A model generated the notes under the pieces. It did no database searches. It was not told where the DNA came from and was given only the letters and a program-made list of their open reading frames with translations. DNA of 64,000 nt, from positions 1,310 to 65,309 of the IMG/VR virus record IMGVR_UViG_3300045996_000252; one strand, written 5' to 3'. Below, piece by piece: positions 27,444 through 35,647 of this stretch (position 1 is its first letter; each line of letters starts with the position of its first letter). Made by a program: the position numbers and the translations under genes. Source of the DNA: a virus.

Positions 27444-28325
27444 TTACGCTAGGGTAAAGTTCGTTAGGCGAACCGGACGACCCTCAAGAGCGAAACCGAA
27501 GTAGCCCTTGATCATGAAGTCCGTGCTGTCACGAGTCTTTGCCAACTCCTCAAACGTCAAGTCCTTGTGAACAAGGAGTCGAGCGTCTGCGCGACGAATG
27601 AATAGGATATCGCTGTCCGAAGACCAGTGCGGCGATGTTACCATCGGTAGTCCGTCATAGGTTCGAACGCGGAATCCGGCATTCACTTCAATCGAGTCAG
27701 TGAACGTCTGCTGCGCCTGTAGCAAGCCGTTAATGTGGCGTCGGACGCGCGGGCTGATAACCATAAGGTCAGCAGTTCCAGCGGTCATATCGACAGCCTC
27801 ATCCAGCATGTCAAGCGTCAACGCTCCGGCAGAGCCATCCATCGTACCACCGCCAGCGTTTAGGCTGGTGTCGGTGCTAATCTGGTATAGCATTCCCTGA
27901 ATGTCGTTGCTTGCACCTGTAGCGGTTACTAGGTCAGTAGACAACTTCTCGATCATTGCTGCGGAGTGAGTCTCAACTTCTGACGCCAAAGCGTTGAAGA
28001 CTGAGCCTGCGGCCTCCTGCATCGGGCCAGTAACCTCACCACGGGTGTATAGGTACTTAACCGTCTTGCTTACCTTACCGTAAGCGGTGTCGCTTACAGC
28101 AGGTAGCGGTCCACCGTCCGGTCGCCATTCGGCGGTCGGTAGGGCGGTTCGCTTGCGAATCCAGTACGTATTCGTAGCCCAAGGAATCTTGTTAACTACA
28201 TTGTAGATAACAGGTTCCTTACTAACGAAGTCACGGATGCTCTGATCAACTACTTCGGGAAGCAGGTAAGCAGCAGCAGTGCTCGCTAGGTCGAGAGCCT
28301 TACGAATCGTATACGTATCAGCCAT
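27444..28325 (-). CDS. major capsid protein (HK97 fold)
   Basis: 293 aa after the scaffold. Sequence features and size are typical of HK97-like capsid proteins. Confidence 0.75.
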   Translation of the reverse strand: MADTYTIRKALDLASTAAAYLLPEVVDQSIRDFVSKEPVIYNVVNKIPWATNTYWIRKRTALPTAEWRPDGGPLPAVSDTAYGKVSKTVKYLYTRGEVTGPMQEAAGSVFNALASEVETHSAAMIEKLSTDLVTATGASNDIQGMLYQISTDTSLNAGGGTMDGSAGALTLDMLDEAVDMTAGTADLMVISPRVRRHINGLLQAQQTFTDSIEVNAGFRVRTYDGLPMVTSPHWSSDSDILFIRRADARLLVHKDLTFEELAKTRDSTDFMIKGYFGFALEGRPVRLTNFTLA

Positions 28326-29356
28326 TAAATTTCCTCTCCGTGGCGCGCTGCAAGCGCCATACGTAGTCGCTCCTGCGGAGACATGCTCTTTAGAAGCCCC
28401 TCAAACTCGTCGTTCTGCGCCTTTGTGATCATCGGCGGTGTCGGAGTTGAAGACTTTTGCTTTAGGTTAGCGAGTTCTGCTTCCAGATCAGCAATACGGT
28501 CAACTTCTGACTTGCTAATCTCTGGTTCAGTTGTCTCAGGCTCGCTGCGCTCGACAGTAACCGGCGCAGGAGTTTGTGGCTTCAATGCCTCAGCCAATGA
28601 TGAGAATGCGGTGATCAGCGCGTCCATCTTCGACTCTAGGCTGTTGTTAGCCGGTGATTCCTCTGCGGGAGTCTCGGCGGGAGTCTCGACCTTCGTTTCC
28701 TCAGTCTTAGTCTCTACCGTAGTAGTCTCCTCAACGGGTGTTTCTTCTGTGGTAGTCTCCACCTTGGTTGACTCCACAACAATTTCTTCTGCCATTTCCT
28801 CTCCATTGCCCTCGTCTGCGAGAGCCTTTTCAACGGCACGGTTTAGAACCGTCCCAAGGGAAGGCGTCCAAACAGGCCGGGTAGTATTCGCGATATGTGT
28901 CAGTATCACCGACTTGAATGTTCGAACCTTACGTCCAATGCTCTTAACGAGTTCATCAGACCATTCCAACACGTCGCCGTTGATACTCATACCAAATTTC
29001 TTACCCGCCTGAATTTGACGGTACAAGAAGGTTGCAGCCGGGTTATCTTCGTTCAAACGAACTCTCACCCGAAGGTGGTCATTCTCCGTGATTTCCCCAT
29101 CCACAAGGTCGCCCAAGTGTCGGAGAACACCCCTACCACTGGTTGACTTGTCATGCTCGTCCAGATACGGAATCGGATCGCCAGCGGCGAGTCGATCCTT
29201 AATCTGAGCCGCGAATGCCTTAATCGCCTCAGGGTGGATACGCTCCTCCTGAGAATCAATCTCGGGGCCAGTTGCCTCACCAACGATATACAGACCGTCA
29301 TCGTCAACTTCGGCCTTCGAAATCGGCACCGTATACTTGAAGTGAATGTTACTCAT
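28325..29356 (-). CDS. scaffolding protein (possibly fused to a prohead protease domain)
   Basis: 343 aa. The C-terminal half is acidic, T/E-rich and coiled-coil-like. It sits between the portal and the capsid. Confidence 0.45.
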   Translation of the reverse strand: MSNIHFKYTVPISKAEVDDDGLYIVGEATGPEIDSQEERIHPEAIKAFAAQIKDRLAAGDPIPYLDEHDKSTSGRGVLRHLGDLVDGEITENDHLRVRVRLNEDNPAATFLYRQIQAGKKFGMSINGDVLEWSDELVKSIGRKVRTFKSVILTHIANTTRPVWTPSLGTVLNRAVEKALADEGNGEEMAEEIVVESTKVETTTEETPVEETTTVETKTEETKVETPAETPAEESPANNSLESKMDALITAFSSLAEALKPQTPAPVTVERSEPETTEPEISKSEVDRIADLEAELANLKQKSSTPTPPMITKAQNDEFEGLLKSMSPQERLRMALAARHGEEI

Positions 29357-30674
29357 CTGGCTCCTCGTTCGGGTTTACACCCGGTGATCCGTCCGCTTCT
29401 TGGCCTGCCGGTCGCGCCTGCGGCGCTGCGCCGGGTTGAACCACCGGCTCCGCTAGCAGTCGCTCCAACGGCACTACGCCTGCGGAGGTTGAAATAGTCG
29501 GCACGTCGCCGCCCTTGATTGGCTTGCGGCCAAGTTCAGCGCGAACTTCGTTGCGGACGAACAATCCGCTTCCGACTGCTCTATCATAAATCTCCATCGA
29601 CGCCATCTTGCTGCGCGAGTCAGATTCTTCATGCTGGAACAAAATGTCGTCCCAATTGAATAGATCAAGAATCAAACGGTCGTTGACTTCTTCCTCAACA
29701 ATCGCTTGTAGAGGGCCGACCGTTTCCTCGCGGAACGTGTGATCGGCTTCCTTAGAGGTCGAGCGGTTAGAGTCTTCGTTGATTCCCAACTTCTCAGGCG
29801 CGATATCTAGCACGCCGAAGATTTCCTGTCGATTGATACGGCGCAGTTCGGTGAACTCCATTTCCTGATGCTTCGAAACGGTAGAACCAATTTCGATATC
29901 ACCCTCAAGGATAATGGGCCGGTGAGCGTTTGCTGCGCCCACGTAGTTCTCCTCTAGCCAAGCGCGGTTGCGGTCAACCTCGTCCTTGGTAGCGTTCTGC
30001 ATGTTGAACACGGTACCTGTCTGCGCGGCGTTCTCAAAGAAGGAACGGTTGTATCGCATAGCGAACAAGTCCTGCGCAACGGTGTCCTGTAGCGAGTTCA
30101 AGGGCGATAGGCCGATGAGGTCGCTGTCAGGGTCTTCAATCGCGAAGTGTAGAATAATGCTAGCGTCGTAGTAGATAGCATCTGCGTCCTGATGGAAGGG
30201 GCCGTATCGCCACTGCACCAGTTCATCGTTCTCGATGACCGCATCCATATAGCGAGGATGCAGGCGCTTTGCCATTCTCGGTCGGCCACCTAGCGTCATG
30301 TCGATCCACCAGTATGCCTCACCGTAGATCAGCAAATCCTTGTAGGTCATGCGCAGCAGTTTCTTGCCGTGCGACTTACGGAAGAACTTGACAAGTTCCG
30401 ACTTGTGTAGTTTAATAACGTCCTCTGTTGGGTCAGAGGGCACAAAGTTGTAGCCCGGTGCCGCCGACACCTTAGCAATCTTATCAATCGCTGCTCGTAC
30501 CCAAGGGTGCTTGCGGTAAATCTCGCTGTAGATACCGGCCATTTCGCGCTTTTCAGCGCTAGGCATATCCACGCCGCGAGAGGGATTCTTTCGAATAGCC
30601 CACATACGCGCACCCGGTGCCGGGATCGTAACCTCAGCCTTTTCGATTTGTGCTACCTGCTGCGCGTCTGTCAC
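29349..30674 (-). CDS. portal protein
   Basis: 441 aa directly downstream of the terminase. Confidence 0.6.
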   Translation of the reverse strand: MTDAQQVAQIEKAEVTIPAPGARMWAIRKNPSRGVDMPSAEKREMAGIYSEIYRKHPWVRAAIDKIAKVSAAPGYNFVPSDPTEDVIKLHKSELVKFFRKSHGKKLLRMTYKDLLIYGEAYWWIDMTLGGRPRMAKRLHPRYMDAVIENDELVQWRYGPFHQDADAIYYDASIILHFAIEDPDSDLIGLSPLNSLQDTVAQDLFAMRYNRSFFENAAQTGTVFNMQNATKDEVDRNRAWLEENYVGAANAHRPIILEGDIEIGSTVSKHQEMEFTELRRINRQEIFGVLDIAPEKLGINEDSNRSTSKEADHTFREETVGPLQAIVEEEVNDRLILDLFNWDDILFQHEESDSRSKMASMEIYDRAVGSGLFVRNEVRAELGRKPIKGGDVPTISTSAGVVPLERLLAEPVVQPGAAPQARPAGQEADGSPGVNPNEEPDE

Positions 30675-30874
30675 TTGTTCCGCCTCATGGAGAACGTCAG
30701 CCGTGTAGGCACGCCCTCGATGTTATCTACTTCAATCTTCCACGTGTAGTTGCCTATCACGGGATGCGCCTCTTGTCCGGCTAGGATAGCCTTACGCACT
30801 TTGCGTAGCACCTGCTTAGACGTTGGCGTGAGTTCTGTCTTGGAGATAAGTCTATCGAGTTCTTGAATCGTCAT
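30671..30874 (-). CDS. hypothetical protein
   Basis: 67-aa ORF. Confidence 0.35.
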   Translation of the reverse strand: MTIQELDRLISKTELTPTSKQVLRKVRKAILAGQEAHPVIGNYTWKIEVDNIEGVPTRLTFSMRRNK

Positions 30875-31049
30875 CCGGCACCATATTTTCGCTGCGTGGG
30901 GACCAAGTTACCTCAGCACCACAACGTCTACACGGTCCCTTGACAGGGCCGCTGATTTGACGAAATAGGTCACGATGCTTAATATTCAATACTCCATCAT
31001 TTTCATAACCGAATAGCGTACCGCATGACGGACACTTCACAGCAATCAT
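30852..31049 (-). CDS. zinc-ribbon protein
   Basis: Two Cys pairs: CPSC...CRRC. Confidence 0.4.
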   Translation of the reverse strand: MIAVKCPSCGTLFGYENDGVLNIKHRDLFRQISGPVKGPCRRCGAEVTWSPRSENMVPDDDSRTR

Positions 31050-31061
31050 AGTTACTCACTT

Positions 31062-31433
31062 TTAAAGATACTTCATTGCCTTAGCAATGTCAGGGTTTGC
31101 CGCGTAATACTCGCAGAACTCCAACCATAGGTGTCGTCCAAAATACTCGCGTACTTGATACGGGTAATCGCGCCGGGTGATAAAGTTGATGTACGTCTGA
31201 ACCTCGTACGCCTGCGACTTTAACAAACGCTCCTTAGGTCTGATCCAGTTGGGCCAATCCCAACGGAATTCCTGAGGGACAAATTGTTCTTGATCAATAG
31301 GACCGTCCAGTGCGTCGTCCCAATTAGAGGGCCGTGATGCGACCGGGCGTTCTTCCTTCTCCGTAGAGTGCAAGGCAGAGTGACCAGAAGTAGTCATCTT
31401 TTTTCCCCGAAAACTTGTAGAACCCGGCCTCAC
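31062..31433 (-). CDS. hypothetical protein
   Basis: 123-aa ORF; its 5' end overlaps the 3' end of the terminase. Confidence 0.35.
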   Translation of the reverse strand: MRPGSTSFRGKKMTTSGHSALHSTEKEERPVASRPSNWDDALDGPIDQEQFVPQEFRWDWPNWIRPKERLLKSQAYEVQTYINFITRRDYPYQVREYFGRHLWLEFCEYYAANPDIAKAMKYL

Positions 31434-32814
31434 TCTTGACTCGGGTGATGCCGTGAATCTGACGCAGTAGGTCGGGGATTCTCGGGTAATGAACCGAGTT
31501 ACGTTGGAGGTCGGACTTTAATTGCGTTGCCCACTGCTCCTTCTTAGGATTAGTGAACACCGAACCCTCAACGCTGATGCCAGCGACTTCGGGATCATTC
31601 TTGGCTTTCTCAACAAAGACTTGGCCGAGGCCAGTTTGGTCAATGGTGATACGTGAAGCGTGTGATCGCGTGATCAACGCCTTGATGTAGCGCCACTGAT
31701 CTTCATAGTCGTCCTGAGTGGCGTGAATAAAGCGAACGTGGCGCTGGACTTCCTGATCCTCGTTCTCTATATGCTCGACCACCGTGAACACCGATTCGTC
31801 CTTGGCTTTTGCAAGGTCGATCCCGATTGAGACAAATCCTTCTGGTTCCCACCCCGGAGGGATGGATTTCCATATTCCCTGATTGTCGTCAACATTATCC
31901 GTGATGAGCGACCAAGGGTAGAAACTGGACAATTCATCAACGAAGGTTGCCTCATACTCGGTTTGGAATTGCTGTAGGTCGTTACCGAATCCCTCAAAGA
32001 TCGCGATGATCGGCCCACGAGCATATGTCTTGATGCGAGTTAATGTGTCCATTTCCGGGGCCATAGCAAGGGCTTCTTCGTAGTAGCCTTCCTTGACGTA
32101 GCCGGTGAACTCCCACCACGGAACGGAATGTCGGCTGTAGCCGGGGTACGCGTCCACGTCCACGCAAATGTCGTAGAATAGACCGGACTGACCCAACGGC
32201 GTGCTGATGACCGTCATGCGCCCCTCGCCGCGAGAAATAGCCGGGAGGGCCGCTTGATAGAGTTTCGCAGCATCACGGATGTGCGCGAACTCATCGAAGT
32301 AAATGTCTTTTCTACCTCCGCGAATAGCGGAAGAAGCGGGCTGAGAGTGGAGGATGCTGACGTGCGGAGGGGCGTGAAACGCCAACTCGTACGCGCTGTC
32401 AGTGTAAAGTTGTGGCTTTAAGCCAACGTCCTTTAACTCGTCGGGGATGGAATGGTACAAGTTTCGCGCAATGGCGATCTTGTCGGATGCCTCGTCCTGA
32501 TTGATAGAAACGTAGTTAGCCTTGTAACTCGTCCTCGTCGTGGCCGAGTGTGCTCCCTCCATCGCTATGACTGTTGAGAATCCAATCTGCCGCGCCTTGT
32601 TCACTACCCTCATCATCGAGCGGTCGTTCAGAAAGCGAATCTGGTAAGGCTCTAACTTCGTCGGCGCGCCCTCCAACTCCGTCAGGGCTTCGTTCCACAC
32701 TGACGGACTGTTGACCAATAAGTATTCCCAATCGCTCGGGGTTAAAGCCTCGCTTGGTGGTAATGGTGAGGATTGTGTCAGACTTGGTGTTATCAGGCTC
32801 GTCATTCTTATCAA
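31324..32814 (-). CDS. terminase large subunit
   Basis: 496 aa upstream of the portal; size and context support the call. The start is uncertain because the 5' 300 nt overlaps the ORF at 32516..33187. Confidence 0.65.
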   Translation of the reverse strand: MIRMTSLITPSLTQSSPLPPSEALTPSDWEYLLVNSPSVWNEALTELEGAPTKLEPYQIRFLNDRSMMRVVNKARQIGFSTVIAMEGAHSATTRTSYKANYVSINQDEASDKIAIARNLYHSIPDELKDVGLKPQLYTDSAYELAFHAPPHVSILHSQPASSAIRGGRKDIYFDEFAHIRDAAKLYQAALPAISRGEGRMTVISTPLGQSGLFYDICVDVDAYPGYSRHSVPWWEFTGYVKEGYYEEALAMAPEMDTLTRIKTYARGPIIAIFEGFGNDLQQFQTEYEATFVDELSSFYPWSLITDNVDDNQGIWKSIPPGWEPEGFVSIGIDLAKAKDESVFTVVEHIENEDQEVQRHVRFIHATQDDYEDQWRYIKALITRSHASRITIDQTGLGQVFVEKAKNDPEVAGISVEGSVFTNPKKEQWATQLKSDLQRNSVHYPRIPDLLRQIHGITRVKSEAGFYKFSGKKDDYFWSLCLALYGEGRTPGRITAL

Positions 32815-33187
32815 TCTGGTGGCGAAGGTTCAGAAGCCCCTGTACGATCTTTAATCGGTCAGTTACGTCCTTACGATATACGCCACCTAAACCGCCTTCT
32901 TCGGGGGGAAGCATTTCTGCAATCAGGGCGGGATATAGGTTTCGCGAGAGCAGCGCTATAAGCGTGTCAATCTCGTCCTTGGTCTGAATCGGCTTGCCAT
33001 CCCGAATCACACCCTTGAGGTAATCGAACTGTTCAGGCGACAATTGCTCCTGCATGTGCTCAAGCAACTTAGCGCCTACGGCCTTAGGTACAAGCGAGCG
33101 GCTCTTGTTTACAGAACCAGCCGGTCGTCCTCTTTTGCCGGGACGCGATCCTTCGGTTGTGCGAACTGCCGCTGTTCCGTTTGGCAT
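32516..33187 (-). CDS. DNA-binding protein, putative terminase small subunit
   Basis: 223 aa. N-terminal AT-hook-like 'GKRGRPAGS', located upstream of the large terminase. Confidence 0.35.
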   Translation of the reverse strand: MPNGTAAVRTTEGSRPGKRGRPAGSVNKSRSLVPKAVGAKLLEHMQEQLSPEQFDYLKGVIRDGKPIQTKDEIDTLIALLSRNLYPALIAEMLPPEEGGLGGVYRKDVTDRLKIVQGLLNLRHQIDKNDEPDNTKSDTILTITTKRGFNPERLGILIGQQSVSVERSPDGVGGRADEVRALPDSLSERPLDDEGSEQGAADWILNSHSDGGSTLGHDEDELQG

Positions 33188-33270
33188 TGAAAACCCTCTT
33201 TAACAGGGCATAAAAATAAACCCCTGTCAGATACTATACCTAACAGGGGCAACAAATGTAACACTTTATG

Positions 33271-33576
33271 CTATTCTATACCGCTTCTGAGCCTACCTGT
33301 AGAGCCTAATCGCGCATCGCGCTGGTACTGTTGGCGATATGGGTACCATCCTCTTGCACCGCAGTCCATACACGTAAAGTACGTGCTGTCCACCATGTCT
33401 ACGTTATCGTTGGTGCACCGTGGGCATGGCCGTCTAGAAAACCGCCACGCACGCGCTTGTGCGGGACTCATCTTCTTGGGCCGGAACTTCATATACGCCG
33501 CCCACGCTGACAACAGCCATAGCGGCGGTGCTGCGAACCCTAGAATAAAGGTCGTCCAGAACAGCCATGTCCACAT
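33271..33576 (-). CDS. membrane protein with a C-terminal zinc ribbon
   Basis: TM segment 'LFWTTFILGFAAPPLWLL'. Cys pairs CPRC...CMDC. Confidence 0.4.
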   Translation of the reverse strand: MWTWLFWTTFILGFAAPPLWLLSAWAAYMKFRPKKMSPAQARAWRFSRRPCPRCTNDNVDMVDSTYFTCMDCGARGWYPYRQQYQRDARLGSTGRLRSGIE

Positions 33577-33643
33577 GATTTACTCCTTGCGCTTTGGGTT
33601 GGGTTTTGGGCCGAGAGGCATCGGCCTCAAGCGCCCATTGTGC

Positions 33644-33838
33644 TTAACTCGCTTCATCAATCTTCACAATCTTGTACCCGTTGGTACGCAGACCATGAAC
33701 GAACGAGTCTACGAACAGGTCTTCCTCGCGAGCGAACTGCTCAGGTGAGCCATGTGAGGCTGCGGTAAGCCCAACAGTCACAAGTCCAAGCATGTACTTT
33801 AGTCCTTCTCTCAGGAAATCGTCTTCTAGTCTAGGCAT
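33644..33838 (-). CDS. hypothetical protein
   Basis: 64-aa ORF. Confidence 0.3.
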   Translation of the reverse strand: MPRLEDDFLREGLKYMLGLVTVGLTAASHGSPEQFAREEDLFVDSFVHGLRTNGYKIVKIDEAS

Positions 33839-33977
33839 CTTGTACCTCCTTATCTTTCGTGTATATCAAACGTACAATCGTTACAGATGTAGATATCCTG
33901 AGGATCGTCCTCGTAGATGCCTACGTATTGTCGGCATTCACAGTCTGGACATTCGCAGATTGTGAAATCCTCTGTTC

Positions 33978-34673
33978 TCATGTTACTCCCTTTGTCAAGG
34001 CCGCAAATGATAGCGGCATCTTTTGCTCGATCATTCCTCCAATAGCGTGTGCATACTGGCGAATCTCATATTGCGCGTGTTTGCTGGCACGCAACTCGTA
34101 GAAGTGCATCCAGTTGCGGAAGTTACCTGTCACGTACATTTCGCTGTAGATACCCACTGGCAGGACGCTACGTGCCAGTTCCCTTGCCACACCATCGGCC
34201 AACATATTCTGGTACGCATCCCACGCTACGTTATATGCGTCTTCATAGTTTTCCGCAAGTGAGTCGTTTAACCTATCATCTTCCGTGTCGATACTACTTT
34301 GCCTGTTATCGGGGTCAGGAACCCTAGCCTTATCAGGCCAGAAGAAATCTCGCTCCAATGCCTTGTATCGAGCCGAAAGTTCGTTGTACGAGAACGTCCG
34401 GTGACGCTGCCACTCCCGTATCACGAAGATCGGTGCCTTGACGTAGAACTTAAAGGTCGCATGCTCAAACGGAGTCATGTGCCCGTTGTCGGCAAGAAAG
34501 TTGATCAGTCGCTCATCTGGTGCGCCACGCCAGTCAGGCATGACCGCACCATTGCTGATGCGTGCCGCCTGAACAACGCTAGCGTCGGTACCCATCGAGT
34601 CAACCAACTCCAACTTGCCTGCGTTAAGAACGTCCACTATTCGGCTTCCAACTTGTCTGCCTTCTTGGCGCAA
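33978..34673 (-). CDS. thyX: flavin-dependent thymidylate synthase ThyX
   Basis: The ThyX signature 'REWQRHRTFSYNELSARY' (RHR...S...R) is present. Size is 231 aa. Confidence 0.8.
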   Translation of the reverse strand: MRQEGRQVGSRIVDVLNAGKLELVDSMGTDASVVQAARISNGAVMPDWRGAPDERLINFLADNGHMTPFEHATFKFYVKAPIFVIREWQRHRTFSYNELSARYKALERDFFWPDKARVPDPDNRQSSIDTEDDRLNDSLAENYEDAYNVAWDAYQNMLADGVARELARSVLPVGIYSEMYVTGNFRNWMHFYELRASKHAQYEIRQYAHAIGGMIEQKMPLSFAALTKGVT

Positions 34674-35062
34674 CGGCTACATAGCGGCTGCGGACGAATC
34701 TCGTCTGACGGCCAATACTGCGGCGGTTCAATCTCGGCAGTACGCTCTACGACCTTGTGCTCGGTGAACGGCTTCTTCTGGTAGCCGAAGTTGGTCTTCA
34801 ACCCGCCCGTAAGAATGGACGGAGGCTGACCACACATGGTCTTCACCCGGTGAACGATATGCTCGGGATAGTGCGTCTTGATAGTCGCATTGCCCCATGA
34901 ACTCTCGTATTCGCGGTCACTGGACTCAACGATCTTCTCGTCCACGTCCTTGACCATGTGCCATACGCCCCGGTGCTTGTATGAGCCGCCGTTATAAACG
35001 AACTTTGCGGTTGCCATCGTAATCATGTCCCTCATCAGGGGCAAAATGTGCGATTGCCCCAT
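34637..35062 (-). CDS. hypothetical protein
   Basis: 141-aa ORF. Confidence 0.35.
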   Translation of the reverse strand: MGQSHILPLMRDMITMATAKFVYNGGSYKHRGVWHMVKDVDEKIVESSDREYESSWGNATIKTHYPEHIVHRVKTMCGQPPSILTGGLKTNFGYQKKPFTEHKVVERTAEIEPPQYWPSDEIRPQPLCSRCAKKADKLEAE

Positions 35063-35237
35063 TCTCGTCTACGCTTAATCCACCAGTGCACAGATGCCAG
35101 TAGCGATGCTCCTTGAGCACTGCGTCCCACAGCAAGGTGCGCTGGCGCTTCACATGTATGTGCTGCTGGCTCAACTGAATGAACACCACCAGCCCCACAA
35201 GGGTGAGGAGCATGACTAGGATCATTAGTCCGATCAT
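34992..35237 (-). CDS. small membrane protein
   Basis: N-terminal 'LMILVMLLTLVGLVVFI'. Confidence 0.35.
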   Translation of the reverse strand: MIGLMILVMLLTLVGLVVFIQLSQQHIHVKRQRTLLWDAVLKEHRYWHLCTGGLSVDENGAIAHFAPDEGHDYDGNRKVRL

Positions 35238-35431
35238 ATCCCCTCCTCCATTGGTACCTTAATCTCCCACAAGCGCGTCATTCGCGTCTTGCAGTTCACG
35301 CACTTCGGCTTTCGCTTCCAGCGTGGCAAATCATACGTCTTGCCGTAATATGTGCCGGTCCTAGCACCTAGCCCGTGTGGATCACAGGCTAGGCACTTGG
35401 CCCCTACTAGGATCATGAATTTAGGCTTCAT
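35234..35431 (-). CDS. zinc-finger protein
   Basis: Cys pairs CLAC...CVNC. Confidence 0.35.
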   Translation of the reverse strand: MKPKFMILVGAKCLACDPHGLGARTGTYYGKTYDLPRWKRKPKCVNCKTRMTRLWEIKVPMEEGI

Positions 35432-35452
35432 GCGGGCCTCCTATGCTACGAA

Positions 35453-35647
35453 CTAAACCATATCCTGATCTACGATATCGTATACAGTGAACGTTCCGTC
35501 CTCATTCACGTCAAGGTCAAGATCGAGAATGATCTTGGTAGGCAGACCCTTGATCCCCTCTGCTTCTTCGTTCCACGAGATAATGCCGGTAACGCTTCTC
35601 TGAACTCCTTCTTCCATCATAAACCTCTTAGCACTTACTATTTCCAC
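35453..35647 (-). CDS. hypothetical protein
   Basis: 64-aa ORF. Confidence 0.3.
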   Translation of the reverse strand: MEIVSAKRFMMEEGVQRSVTGIISWNEEAEGIKGLPTKIILDLDLDVNEDGTFTVYDIVDQDMV